Assembly: GCA_017935905.1 (NCBI GenBank)
Contig: JAGBGO010000027.1
Location: 17,289 to 81,288, forward strand
Length of the DNA: 64,000 nt
Direction: 5' to 3'
Source: Clostridia bacterium
Lineage (GTDB): Bacteria > Bacillota > Clostridia > UBA1212 > UBA1255
Part shown: positions 36,770-47,078 of the stretch, one piece after another
How the letters are laid out: each line of letters begins with the position of its first letter
Position numbering within the stretch: position 1 is the first letter of the stretch
Made by a program: the position numbers and the translations under genes
The notes under the pieces: generated by a model
Database searches by the model: none
Seen by the model: only the letters and a program-made list of their open reading frames with translations
Told to the model about the DNA's origin: nothing

Positions 36770-38251
36770 TTACAGATGTCTCCTTCTCATCCATACTACA
36801 ACACCGCCGCCGATAATCAAAGCAGGGATCACCGCCATAGAAACAATTGCAAGCATATTGCTCTTGTTTTTGTCAATTACAATCGACGTATTGTCGTAAA
36901 TCTTCGCTTCAATCAAGTTGCCTTCATTGCTTCCGTAGTCGCTGACCATCCAGTGAACCGTGTAGCCGAAGGTGGTAATTGCATTGCGCAAACCGTATTG
37001 TTGGTAATATGCGTCCGAGAAGCCCAGTGTAGATCCGAATACGGCCGCATGGGTTACCATGCCACGGGTGCCGCTGTTCATAGCCGCTGCCGCAACCACC
37101 TGTACACCTTCTTGAACGTTCCCGTCAAAATCCGTACTCTTGGCAGTTTGCGCCGTTTGAATCAGCGGGTAATTCTCAATCATAGTAATCGCAGAATCCT
37201 GAGAATGTACTTTCACACTGCGCGTCGAAAACAACGAAATATCGTAAGGAACTGAAAATCCCGCAAGAGGTCCTTTTGAAACCGTGCTGCCAATAAAGGC
37301 GCTGGCTTTGTTTTCTTTATTGATTTTGTTGCGATCATCCGTTTCCTCTACTAAATCTAAGTTAATGGAAAGTCCGTACAGTTTGGTGAGAATCCGATTC
37401 ATATTCTCAAACTTCTCACCTCTTTGGTCATAGTCTGCACAGAAAATCATCTGACCGCCGTCTTGTTCCAGCCATTTCTCCACCATAGAAGCTTCCGAAT
37501 TCGTCAAATCATACTTGGGACCCAAGAAAACAATAAGAGAAGCATCTTCCGGAATTGTTTCAATTTGAGTAAGATCCAGATCCCGAATATCGCAACCTAA
37601 AGACTCAATGCCGTTGAATACGTTCGTAAATTCAGCGCGGCTCTTTTCCTCATGACCGGTTGTACAATACACTACCGGGAATTCGTCCGAAGTTACAAAT
37701 AAAATCGCAGAAGTTAACTTTTGCTCCACTTGAATTGCAGATTTGTACTTATAGAACAACTGGTACGTCTGGTAGACAAACATATCCGACGAGGCAATGC
37801 GCCGTGTCTTGTCGCCGCTCTTTACAATGTAGTCACCTTCAGAATAGGAAGCCGCATCCGTTTCCCCTACTAATTTACGAATCAATCCGGGATTGCTGTC
37901 CGGATCTTTGTACGAAACCGTTACCCGGTCATACTCTGCATATTGGTCCAGCACGCGAATGACCTCTGCGCGGTCCGTATCCGACTCGCTTTTGGTGCGG
38001 TCGTACAACGCCACGATTTCCACGTCTTGTTTGAGGGCTTTTAAATTCTTATCCGTAATATCTCCGATGGTATACAATTTTTCTTTGGTCATATCCAACG
38101 TAAGCTTCGTAGAGAATTGCTCCAAAATCAAGTTTGTCACTGCGAAAACAACCAATACCGCCGCAACTAAAATAATGGCGTTGGTGCCGTACCGAAAATC
38201 ACGACGCAGACGAGCTGAAATGACCTTTTTTTCTTTCTTCTCCTTTTTCAT
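36770..38251 (-). CDS. GldG-family ABC auxiliary component
   Basis: DMTKEKLYTI, EQKLTSAI, TGHEE and GPKYDL motifs; C-terminal TM plus RRRHL. Confidence 0.82.
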   Translation of the reverse strand: MKKEKKEKKVISARLRRDFRYGTNAIILVAAVLVVFAVTNLILEQFSTKLTLDMTKEKLYTIGDITDKNLKALKQDVEIVALYDRTKSESDTDRAEVIRVLDQYAEYDRVTVSYKDPDSNPGLIRKLVGETDAASYSEGDYIVKSGDKTRRIASSDMFVYQTYQLFYKYKSAIQVEQKLTSAILFVTSDEFPVVYCTTGHEEKSRAEFTNVFNGIESLGCDIRDLDLTQIETIPEDASLIVFLGPKYDLTNSEASMVEKWLEQDGGQMIFCADYDQRGEKFENMNRILTKLYGLSINLDLVEETDDRNKINKENKASAFIGSTVSKGPLAGFSVPYDISLFSTRSVKVHSQDSAITMIENYPLIQTAQTAKSTDFDGNVQEGVQVVAAAAMNSGTRGMVTHAAVFGSTLGFSDAYYQQYGLRNAITTFGYTVHWMVSDYGSNEGNLIEAKIYDNTSIVIDKNKSNMLAIVSMAVIPALIIGGGVVVWMRRRHL

Positions 38252-38267
38252 CCCTTTGCACCTCCCA

Positions 38268-38975
38268 TCAATTCCAGCGTTTCCGCTCTACGTTCATCAC
38301 CGTCAGAAATACACCGACAAAAGTAAACGACACGTAGTAGAACAAGGAGGCTAAATTGAAACCGCCCATAGCAAAATCCGAATACCGTTTAAGGGGGGAT
38401 AACCACTGAAGCACGGCACCGAAAGTACCACCCAGTGTTCCGCCAATCGACTGCATAAAGTAGAAGATCAGCAGTACCACAACGCCGGAAACTGCCGCAA
38501 CCACTTGGTTCTCCGTAAAAGAGGACACGAACAAACTAATGGCCAAATAACAAGCACCCAGCAGAATAAAAGCCACGTAACCGCTGACGTTCTTTCCCGC
38601 AGGAATACCGCCGTCGATCAAAAACGTGAGGATGACCGGATAAATAAACGTAATCCCCACCATAATCAAGAAAAGGGTAAGTCCGGCGAAATATTTTCCC
38701 ACCACAATCTTGCGCATGGGAATCGGTGCAGTACGAAGAAGCACTTCCGTTCCGTTCTTCTTCTCATCAGCCAGCAAACGCATGGTGATCAGCGGTGCGA
38801 AGAACGTCATATACGTAACCAAATTGGATAACACATCGGAAAAATAAATCGACCCGTAAATCAAGTTCCGCACCCAGAAGAACATGCCCACCAGTACCAT
38901 AAAGAAACCGATGATACAATACGCTACCGGAGAACGGAAATAAGAACTCATTTCTCTTTTATAAATCGTCCACAT
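38268..38975 (-). CDS. ABC-2 permease (GldF-like)
   Basis: KREMSSYFRSPVAY, ITMRLLADEKKNGT and TENQVVAA motifs. Confidence 0.87.
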   Translation of the reverse strand: MWTIYKREMSSYFRSPVAYCIIGFFMVLVGMFFWVRNLIYGSIYFSDVLSNLVTYMTFFAPLITMRLLADEKKNGTEVLLRTAPIPMRKIVVGKYFAGLTLFLIMVGITFIYPVILTFLIDGGIPAGKNVSGYVAFILLGACYLAISLFVSSFTENQVVAAVSGVVVLLIFYFMQSIGGTLGGTFGAVLQWLSPLKRYSDFAMGGFNLASLFYYVSFTFVGVFLTVMNVERKRWN

Positions 38976-38991
38976 ACTATCTTCCGTCCTT

Positions 38992-39942
38992 TCACTGATC
39001 CGCACTGTTCTTATCTTTGTTGACGATGTCAATAAAGATTTCTTCCAATGTTCTGCCCATGGGACGCAGTTCCAAAATCGCCATAGAATTGTGGCTCAAC
39101 TCGTTAAAGAGAGGTCTGCGCACGTCTACGTCGTGACCGGATTCCACCATAAATACGGAAGCATCTTTGTCCATGCGAATGAAATCCGTCTTGCGCACGC
39201 CGGGCGTTTGGCTGATCACTTTCTGTACAGAAGATTTGTCCCCCACAACGTGAATGGTGAACTTGCGCACCGTGCCTTCCGTTGCCGAGAAATCAGAAAC
39301 GCTGCCGGAAGCGGCAATCTTACCGTGGTTGATCACCACAACGGAACTACACACTGCCGTTACTTCGGACAAAATATGGGTACTCAATATAATGGTGTGA
39401 TCATGACGAAGGGCACTGATCAATTTTCGAATCTCAATAATTTGGCTTGGGTCTAAACCTACCGTAGGCTCGTCCAAAATCAAAATAGGCGGATTACCTA
39501 CCAGTGCTTGCGCCACACCCACACGTTGTTTATAACCTTTAGACAAGTTGCGAACCAAACGCTTGCGAATATCACCGATCTTGACCATATATAAAATATC
39601 ATCCAGTTGGGCTTTCCGTGCCCGGTGGGGTACGCTCTTTAAGTCGCAAATGAAATTCAAGTATTCCAATACAGTCATATCCTGATACAAAGGCGGAAGC
39701 TCCGGCAGATAACCAATCTGTTTCTTCACCGCTTCCGGATTCTCCATAATTTCAAATCCGCCTACCTTTACAGAACCTTCTGTATAAGGAATATATCCCG
39801 TGAGAATATTCATCGTAGTAGACTTGCCGGCACCATTCGGTCCCAAGAAGCCCAGGATTTCACCTTTCTTTACGTTAAACGAGACGTCGTTCAGCGCTTT
39901 AATCTGGCCGTACCGTTTCGTCAGATTCGTAATTTCAATCAT
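38992..39942 (-). CDS. ABC ATP-binding protein (GldA-like)
   Basis: GPNGAGKST, LSKGYKQR and LDEPTVGLDP motifs. Confidence 0.92.
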   Translation of the reverse strand: MIEITNLTKRYGQIKALNDVSFNVKKGEILGFLGPNGAGKSTTMNILTGYIPYTEGSVKVGGFEIMENPEAVKKQIGYLPELPPLYQDMTVLEYLNFICDLKSVPHRARKAQLDDILYMVKIGDIRKRLVRNLSKGYKQRVGVAQALVGNPPILILDEPTVGLDPSQIIEIRKLISALRHDHTIILSTHILSEVTAVCSSVVVINHGKIAASGSVSDFSATEGTVRKFTIHVVGDKSSVQKVISQTPGVRKTDFIRMDKDASVFMVESGHDVDVRRPLFNELSHNSMAILELRPMGRTLEEIFIDIVNKDKNSADQ

Positions 39943-40046
39943 AGTAATACCTCCGAAGTATGAAAACGCATACGCAGCGTAGTGTATATTCTATAAACAA
40001 ACCGTGGCTTTCTCGTGGGTGGTCTGTGAACAAACCGCAAACAAGC

Positions 40047-41945
40047 TCAGCAATACTCCTTCTTTTTGAACTGCTGATCCGGACAGTACGTCGGCACGTA
40101 CTCTTTCAATTTCTCCACTACCAAGGCGTCATCCCCCGTATTTAACACGGCGCCAAGGTCTTGGAGCATCCGCTCAACCTGTGTCCACTCAAGAACAAAG
40201 GGTTGTGCCACCAAAATACCGTCGTGTTCCGTCTTTGTGGTTTCCTCTACGCTTTGAAGCAATTCTTCGTAGAGTTTCTCTCCGGGCCGCAAGCCCACGT
40301 ATTTGATCTTAATATCCACGTCCGGTGTATAACCGGATAAACGAATCATATTTCTCGCCAAATCGGCAATCTTGACCGGTGCACCCATATCCAAGATAAA
40401 GATTTCGCCACCTTTGGCCATAGCACCTGCCTGAATCACCAGACGGGAAGCTTCCGGAATGGTCATAAAGAACCGGGTCACTTCCGGGTGGGTTACCGTA
40501 ATCGGTCCCATCTGCGCAATCTGCTTCTTAAACAAGGGGACCACACTTCCGTTGCTGCCCAGTACGTTTCCAAAGCGAACCGCTACGTATTTAGTCTTAC
40601 TTTGGGTTGAAAAGGCTTGTACAATCATTTCTGCCATGCGCTTGGTGGTACCCATTACGTTGGTAGGATTCACGGCCTTGTCCGTAGAAATCAACACGAA
40701 ATTCTTAACTTGATGACAGTCGCACGCCCGCGCCACGTTGTAGGTGCCAAAAACGTTGTTCTTAACTGCCTCTCCCGGGCTGTCCTCCATCAAAGGCACG
40801 TGCTTATGGGCGGCCGCATGGAAAACAACGCCCGGCTTTTCTTTGCCGAAAATCTTCTCCACACGACCGTAGTCCCGAACGGAACCGATATACGTATCCA
40901 CAGGGATCTCCGGGCCATACTCGCATTTCAGGTCATTTACCAAATCATAGACGTTGTTTTCATAAATATCAAACAGCACTAATTTCTTCGGGGAAAAGCG
41001 AAGAATCTGGCGACAGATTTCAGATCCGATAGAGCCGCCGGCACCGGTCACCAGTACCGTCTCCCCTTTCAGATACGCACTGACTTTGTCAATATCCAAA
41101 CAGTTCTCATTTCTCTGTAAAATGTCGTTAATATCTACGTCCCGCACCTGCTGGAAGGATACTTCGTCCGCAATAACCATATCGTAAAGTGCCGGAAGCG
41201 TCTTAATCTTACAATTCGTAACTTTGCAGCGAAGAATCGCATCCCGCCTTGCTTCATTAGAAGCAGACGGCACTGCAAAAATAATGGTATCTACCTTTAA
41301 TTTGTTTGCCGTGTTCTTAATCACGTTCTCATCAGAGGCGTAAATACGAATGTTATTGATCTTTCCACCCACTTTGGCGGGATCGTCATCAATAAAGCCT
41401 ACGATTTCATAGCCTTTCTGCGGGTTACGCGATAAGTCGTTCATTAAAGAAATGCCCGCATTGCCGGCACCGTAAATTAAAATGCGCGTCTTGTCTGCAC
41501 CGTAATGCCGAGCCTCTCTCAATTCACGGAACATCGCATACGTTCGCGGAAGTGCGCGGACACCAATGGTTCCCACCAACTCCATAGCAACCATAATCAG
41601 CAAAACACGAACGGAAAAACGCCAATGCCATACGCCGCGGAAAATACCGTCCATTGCCAAAAAGATCAACGCTGCACCGAGATTCGCCACAACACATTTG
41701 AACATATCTTCAAAGCAAATGCGGCTCAGCATAATCGTATACATATCCAAAAGCACGAAACAGACCAAGTATATGCAAACACCCAGGATTAAAAACAGAA
41801 CGTTCTGCGGCAAGAGAATCAATCCTTGCGCCTGCTTACCGTTTAGCAAGAACAGTCCCAGTACGTATCCTACCGTAAGTACAAGAATATCCGTTGCCAG
41901 TAAAAGAATTTTCTTTAATTTAGATTTTGAGAACAAACAACTCAT
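40047..41945 (-). CDS. CapD/PglF-like nucleoside-diphosphate sugar dehydratase
   Basis: N-terminal TMs; TGAGGSIGSE, HAAAHKHVP, STDKAVNP and RFGNVLGSNGSV motifs. Confidence 0.92.
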   Translation of the reverse strand: MSCLFSKSKLKKILLLATDILVLTVGYVLGLFLLNGKQAQGLILLPQNVLFLILGVCIYLVCFVLLDMYTIMLSRICFEDMFKCVVANLGAALIFLAMDGIFRGVWHWRFSVRVLLIMVAMELVGTIGVRALPRTYAMFRELREARHYGADKTRILIYGAGNAGISLMNDLSRNPQKGYEIVGFIDDDPAKVGGKINNIRIYASDENVIKNTANKLKVDTIIFAVPSASNEARRDAILRCKVTNCKIKTLPALYDMVIADEVSFQQVRDVDINDILQRNENCLDIDKVSAYLKGETVLVTGAGGSIGSEICRQILRFSPKKLVLFDIYENNVYDLVNDLKCEYGPEIPVDTYIGSVRDYGRVEKIFGKEKPGVVFHAAAHKHVPLMEDSPGEAVKNNVFGTYNVARACDCHQVKNFVLISTDKAVNPTNVMGTTKRMAEMIVQAFSTQSKTKYVAVRFGNVLGSNGSVVPLFKKQIAQMGPITVTHPEVTRFFMTIPEASRLVIQAGAMAKGGEIFILDMGAPVKIADLARNMIRLSGYTPDVDIKIKYVGLRPGEKLYEELLQSVEETTKTEHDGILVAQPFVLEWTQVERMLQDLGAVLNTGDDALVVEKLKEYVPTYCPDQQFKKKEYC

Positions 41946-41978
41946 CTCGCAATTCTATTTATCATTCCATACGGATAA

Positions 41979-42007
41979 ATTGTATCATATCCAAAGTTTG
42001 ATGTCAA
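41979..42007 (-). promoter_or_regulatory. Sigma-A promoter for the capD-like gene
   Basis: TTGACA-N17-TACAAT with extended TG. Confidence 0.7.
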
Positions 42008-42044
42008 AATTTCTTAACATAATTGCAAAAGTTTTGATTTAGAA

Positions 42045-42091
42045 ATAAAAAACCCATTCCAAAATTTATTTTTCTAAAAATTGGAATGGGT
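42045..42091 (-). terminator. Terminator of the SH3/C39 gene
   Basis: ACCCATTCCAA-N18-TTGGAATGGGT with a T run on the minus strand. Confidence 0.6.
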
Positions 42092-42108
42092 GGATTCAAT
42101 TCACTATC

Positions 42109-43155
42109 TCATTTGTAATACACAAAACTGTGTATCCAGGAGCAACTGTTCAAATACGCCTCTAAATTCGTCTTGTCCGACCCCGGATCGTTAATGGTGA
42201 AATTCCGGGGAGAAAGGGAGCCCGCACTTCCCGTATAACCGGTGATCACAATCCAGTGATTGGTGCCCCTGTACGTCTTGCCGCCAATGAGAACCGGCCT
42301 CCCGGACTTAAGCATCTCGTACGCCCTTTGCATACAATCGGTCCGATCCGAAACTGAGGTCTTCACGTAGTTAGACGGCCAGTAAAGGGCGCCTCCCGGC
42401 GTAAAGCTCATTTTGGAGGCCTGTACGTCCGGCGTGATCACGGTGCCCAATCGGTAGGACTCCATCATAGAAATACCCGTGAGGGTGCAACCACTGCTGC
42501 CGATGGTATCTCCCTGCACACCGAGGGGATAATGCTTCCACCTTGCATCCATCTGTTTGTACGACGGAACGTTTAGTTGAATCGCCGCATATTGCGTGGC
42601 AGACTGCGGTTTCGGTGTCGTTTGCGGTTTTGGCGTTGTGGTGGGTTTTGGCGTCGTTGTGGGCTTCGGTGTCCCTACGTATGTATGACTTACGTAACCT
42701 ACTTTCACACCGTTGTACAAAATCCTCGCCCAGCCATTCTCCGCAGCCAGCATCACGAAAATCGTACCTTTCTCCAAAACTGCATCTATGCCGTATCGGG
42801 TCCCGGGACCTTTGCGCACGTTCAACCCGGTCTGTTGGGTATTGACGTATCCCACGATGCACTTCATATCTTTTGTAATATACTGAGCAGCACAGTAGCC
42901 GTACTTTCCCTTCCCGTACTCTACGTACCACCAGTCTCCCCGCTTCTCCAAGATGGTCACGTAAGACCCCTTGGGGAGCACCGTCAGGCGTTTACTGCTT
43001 GTCGATGCTTCTTCCCGGACGTTCAGTCCGGTACTTTGTGTCGTTACAATTCCTGCTCCAGACGATTGGGTAGCAGCATGAAAACGGGGCACGGAAAGAA
43101 CAGCAAGCAGGCATACAATGGCGCAGCCGACGATGATCTTCCTTCTCTGTTTCAT
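42109..43155 (-). CDS. Secreted protein with two SH3b domains and a C39-like peptidase domain
   Basis: LNVRE/LNVRKGPG SH3b repeats, (TPKPxT)n linker, YKQMDARW...SGCTLT, HWIVITGY and INDPG motifs. Confidence 0.85.
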   Translation of the reverse strand: MKQRRKIIVGCAIVCLLAVLSVPRFHAATQSSGAGIVTTQSTGLNVREEASTSSKRLTVLPKGSYVTILEKRGDWWYVEYGKGKYGYCAAQYITKDMKCIVGYVNTQQTGLNVRKGPGTRYGIDAVLEKGTIFVMLAAENGWARILYNGVKVGYVSHTYVGTPKPTTTPKPTTTPKPQTTPKPQSATQYAAIQLNVPSYKQMDARWKHYPLGVQGDTIGSSGCTLTGISMMESYRLGTVITPDVQASKMSFTPGGALYWPSNYVKTSVSDRTDCMQRAYEMLKSGRPVLIGGKTYRGTNHWIVITGYTGSAGSLSPRNFTINDPGSDKTNLEAYLNSCSWIHSFVYYK

Positions 43156-43253
43156 GGTTCTTCTCACTCCTCTATCACATACAATCTGTCTGCAGACAAG
43201 TAGAAGCATAACACATTCAAATCAAAAAAGAAAGTCCCGATCGGCTGGTAAAT

Positions 43254-45734
43254 TCACCCACGCTTTTGCTTGCGTTCTTTGGAAAACGTCAGACTCACGG
43301 CACCGGCGAGAGGGCCGAGCAGCGTAAAGCCCAGTATAATCGGCAAGTGGGAAAGGGCAAGAGGTACGGTGCGGAAAATGCTTTGCAGCCACGGCACGTA
43401 AATCACCGCCCCCATCATCAACAAAGAAAGACCTGCGGAAATCACCAACAAACTATTTTCTCGAGGATCCATTTCCAGCAAAGACTTATCGTAGGAACGG
43501 CACTCGAAAGCATGCACCAGCTGAATCAGCACCAGCGTAAGGAATGCCGCCGTCCGTCCCGCCTCCACGCCGGATATGTGCAGAATGCTGATAAACGCAC
43601 CCAAGGTACACAATCCCGTCAAAATACCGCGAAAAACGATCTGGAACACCAATTTCTTCGTAAAAATCCCCGCTTCCGGCCTAATAGGCGGCCGTTTCAT
43701 TACGTCTTCGTCCGGCGGATCCAGTCCCAGAGCAATGCCCGGCAAACCGTCCGTCACCAAATTCACCCATAAAATTTGAATAGGAAACAACGGCAAGGGC
43801 AATCCCGCCAGCACGCCGATAAACATGGTAATCACTTCGCCTAAATTACAGGCTAACATATATCGGATAAATTTTCGGATATTGTCAAATATGGCTCTGC
43901 CCTGCCGCACCGCTTCGGAAATGGTGACAAATCGGTCGTCCACCAGCACCATGGCGGCAGCTTCCCGGGTAACGTCACTGCCGGTACTGCCCATACAAAT
44001 GCCGATATCGGCTTCTTTCACGGCAGGGGCATCGTTAACACCGTCTCCGGTCATTGCCACCACGTGGCCCAGACGCTTGAAAGCCTGCACAATCCGCAAT
44101 TTGTGAATAGGTTTTACCCGGGCGAAAACAGACACTTGAGAAACGGCACAGGCAAGTTGATCGTCGTCCATTCCCTCGATTTCATCTCCCGTAAGCACGT
44201 GGCGGCCTTTTCCCGGGATGCCTAATTCTGTTGCAATGGCGGAGGCGGTTCGCTTGTGGTCACCGGTAATCATAACGGTGCGAATGCCGGCAGTGCGGCA
44301 CTGTTCAATGGCCTCTTTCGCCTCCGGCCTGGGCGGGTCCGCAAGGCCGCAAAAACCGGCAAAATGAAGTTCCCGTTCAAACGCCTCCGGGCGCAGTGCG
44401 CCTTCCTTGGCGGTCGCAATTGTATGTACTTCTTGAGCCGTTAACCGCCGCCAACCGCAGCCGATCACCCGAAGGGCCTCTCCCGCCATGCGATTGTAGC
44501 CGGCGGTCATCCTTTGGGCATATTGAGGATATTCCACGCACTTCTTCGCCACAATATCCGCGCCGCCCTTTAATAACAGCAGCGTCTCCCCTTGCCCGGT
44601 TTTCACCACCACGGACATACATTTTCGGCTAGAATCAAAGGGAAATTCGTACAAGCGGGTAAAATGGGGCGCCGGCTGATTCAAATAAGTACCGATTTGT
44701 ACTAAAGCCCGTTCCGTGGCATCGCTTTCGTTGTTGCAAGCGGTAGCAATTAAAACCATTTTACCGGCATCCCCCGCCTCCCGGCCCGGCAATATTTCCC
44801 CGGGCAACACCACTTTCCGAAGGGTCATTTTGTTTTGCGTTAAAGTGCCGGTTTTGTCGGAGCAAATCACGGTGGTGCCGCCAAGCGTTTCCACGGCACT
44901 GAGTTTGCGCACCAAGGCACCTTGCCGGCAAAGGCGCTGCACCCCTAAAGCAAGAGAAATGGTTACGATGGCCGTTAGTCCCTCGGGCACAGCCGCCACC
45001 GCCAGAGAGATGCCGGACAGCAACATATCCAGCACCGGTTCGCCTTTGAGAATGCCGGAAACGGTTACGATCAGGCACACGGCAAGGCAGGCGAAGACGA
45101 TGTATTTGCCTAGTTTGGAAAGCCTTTTCTGCAGAGGCGTTTCTTCCTCGGAAACGTTGGAAAGGAGGGCGGATATTTTACCCATTTCCGTCTGCATCCC
45201 CGTTGCGGTAATCTCCACCACGGCGTTTCCGCCCACCACTTGGGTACCTCCGTACACCGGTCCCTGATTCTTGGAGACCGGCTCCGATTCGCCGGTGAGC
45301 ATAGATTCGTCCGCCCGGAAGTCCGTGGCTTTCCGCAAGGTTCCGTCAGCGGGTAAAATGTCCCCTGCTTTGACACAAACGTAGTCTCCCGGTACGACCC
45401 TTTCTGCAGGGATTTCCTGCACTTGCCCGTCCCGAAGCACGTGGGCCTTGGGCGCAGACATGGTGGCCAGGGCTTCTATGGTTTTCTCCGTTCTAAATTC
45501 TTGAATGAAGCCTAATATGCCGTTGGCAAGGACGATCCCCACCATGACGACGGCTTCGATTTCGTCTCCCATAAAAATGGACACGCCGGTACAGCCCAGG
45601 AGAATGAGGGTCATTACGTCTGCGAATTGCCGCAGGAACAGGAGAATCACCGATCGCTTCTTTCCTCGGGTGATCACGTTCTTGCCGTATTGGGCCAGTC
45701 TTCCCGCCGCTTCCTTGGAACTGAGTCCTTCCAT
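43254..45734 (-). CDS. P-type IIA cation (Ca2+) ATPase, YloB-like
   Basis: LTGES, PEGL, DKTGTLT, TGD, GDGVND and NLVTDGLP motifs. Confidence 0.92.
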   Translation of the reverse strand: MEGLSSKEAAGRLAQYGKNVITRGKKRSVILLFLRQFADVMTLILLGCTGVSIFMGDEIEAVVMVGIVLANGILGFIQEFRTEKTIEALATMSAPKAHVLRDGQVQEIPAERVVPGDYVCVKAGDILPADGTLRKATDFRADESMLTGESEPVSKNQGPVYGGTQVVGGNAVVEITATGMQTEMGKISALLSNVSEEETPLQKRLSKLGKYIVFACLAVCLIVTVSGILKGEPVLDMLLSGISLAVAAVPEGLTAIVTISLALGVQRLCRQGALVRKLSAVETLGGTTVICSDKTGTLTQNKMTLRKVVLPGEILPGREAGDAGKMVLIATACNNESDATERALVQIGTYLNQPAPHFTRLYEFPFDSSRKCMSVVVKTGQGETLLLLKGGADIVAKKCVEYPQYAQRMTAGYNRMAGEALRVIGCGWRRLTAQEVHTIATAKEGALRPEAFERELHFAGFCGLADPPRPEAKEAIEQCRTAGIRTVMITGDHKRTASAIATELGIPGKGRHVLTGDEIEGMDDDQLACAVSQVSVFARVKPIHKLRIVQAFKRLGHVVAMTGDGVNDAPAVKEADIGICMGSTGSDVTREAAAMVLVDDRFVTISEAVRQGRAIFDNIRKFIRYMLACNLGEVITMFIGVLAGLPLPLFPIQILWVNLVTDGLPGIALGLDPPDEDVMKRPPIRPEAGIFTKKLVFQIVFRGILTGLCTLGAFISILHISGVEAGRTAAFLTLVLIQLVHAFECRSYDKSLLEMDPRENSLLVISAGLSLLMMGAVIYVPWLQSIFRTVPLALSHLPIILGFTLLGPLAGAVSLTFSKERKQKRG

Positions 45735-45787
45735 CTGCCACACTCCCTGTTTAGAAAAATCAGGCAGTCGCTACGTACTGCCTGTTT

Positions 45788-45819
45788 CAAAGTATGTCAG
45801 ATTGTCCGAAAGTATGACA
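45788..45819 (-). promoter_or_regulatory. Candidate sigma-E (sporulation) promoter
   Basis: Minus strand GTCATA-CTTTCGGACAATCTGA-CATACTTT fits ATA-N16-CATACAxT. Confidence 0.45.
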
Positions 45820-45938
45820 AGGGTTGCGTCTGCTGTTCGGCGAAAGTATGTAAACCGGCTTTTTTTACCGCAAAAACATACCGGATTCCGGCTCAAAACA
45901 CATAAATCCGGTATATAAAAGTCGAAAAACGAAAGATT

Positions 45939-46520
45939 TTATACAATCAGCGCTTGTGCCCCGCAAACACCCAAGCCTAAACCAGCAGAAATCAAAATCA
46001 ACTGAATGGCAGACAACTTTTTCTTAAATACTTTCAGTGCCAGCCAATAAATGCCAATCAACAACCCCAAAATAATCACGGAAATCCAGTCCGGGTTGAA
46101 CTCCGTCAAACTGACGTAACCCAAGGCTTTGGCAAATAAAATCACACCGGTAGACAGAATTAAACCGATAACCACCGGTTGTACGCCGCGGACAAAGCCC
46201 TTAAAGATCGGATGATCGGTAAAATTCTTCAAAACCGCCGCAATCAGCAAAATAATGATAAAAGACGGCAACACCACACCTACCGTTGCAACGATGCTGC
46301 CCAAGAAGCCACCCTGTACGGAACCAATATATGTCGCCATGTTGATTGCAACGGGGCCCGGGGTGGATTCGCACACGCCCAGCATTTCGGAAAATCCAAC
46401 AGTCTCAAGCCAGCCGTATTTCAGCACCGTTTCCTCGATCAAAGGAATCATGGCGTAGCCGCCGCCAAAAGTAAAGAGACCCATTTTGAAGAATTCCAAG
46501 AAAAGCGTCAAATAAATCAT
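45939..46520 (-). CDS. Short-chain chromate transporter (CHR family)
   Basis: FFKMGLFTFGGGYAM, ESTPGP and VLPS motifs. Confidence 0.9.
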   Translation of the reverse strand: MIYLTLFLEFFKMGLFTFGGGYAMIPLIEETVLKYGWLETVGFSEMLGVCESTPGPVAINMATYIGSVQGGFLGSIVATVGVVLPSFIIILLIAAVLKNFTDHPIFKGFVRGVQPVVIGLILSTGVILFAKALGYVSLTEFNPDWISVIILGLLIGIYWLALKVFKKKLSAIQLILISAGLGLGVCGAQALIV

Positions 46521-47077
46521 TTTACCGCTCCCTTCTTAGCACCCATTATGCCGTACACCACGATACCAATCAAACCGCCTGCCAAAATCAGGAACACAGA
46601 ACTAAAAGACACGGAGAACAGCTCTAATGCCAGCATAATGCCCATCACTACGACAAACATACTCATAGGAAGCACTTTACGGGGCAGTTTTTTGAATAAT
46701 CCGTAGCCGGCACGCAGGATTAAGAATGCCACGGCGCATTTAATGCCGGTAAATGCCCACGCCACCGGTTGGAAGCGCATAAATGCGTCTAAGAATAAAG
46801 AAATTACGTAAATAATTACCAAGGACGGCAGTACCACGCCGCAAGTAGCCAGGGCGCTGCCCAACACACCTTTTCGCTTGTATCCCACGTACGTAGCCAT
46901 ATTGATGGCAATGGGACCCGGCGTGGATTCGGCGATGGCCAACATTTGTACCAATTCATCCTCCGTCATCCATTGTTTCTTCTCCACAATAGTTTCTTTC
47001 ACCTGGGCGATCATAGCGTAGCCGCCGCCGAACGTAAACAAGCCGATTTTGAAAAACGTCCAAAATAATTCCAGCAT
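46517..47077 (-). CDS. Short-chain chromate transporter (CHR family)
   Basis: FFKIGLFTFGGGYAM and ESTPGP motifs; RBS GGAGG before ATG 47077. Confidence 0.9.
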   Translation of the reverse strand: MLELFWTFFKIGLFTFGGGYAMIAQVKETIVEKKQWMTEDELVQMLAIAESTPGPIAINMATYVGYKRKGVLGSALATCGVVLPSLVIIYVISLFLDAFMRFQPVAWAFTGIKCAVAFLILRAGYGLFKKLPRKVLPMSMFVVVMGIMLALELFSVSFSSVFLILAGGLIGIVVYGIMGAKKGAVK

Positions 47078-47078
47078 T

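Noticed and set aside
35335-39942. Gliding motility machinery
   Set aside because: Only the generic ABC cassette is present; no T9SS or other gld genes, and the host is a Firmicute.
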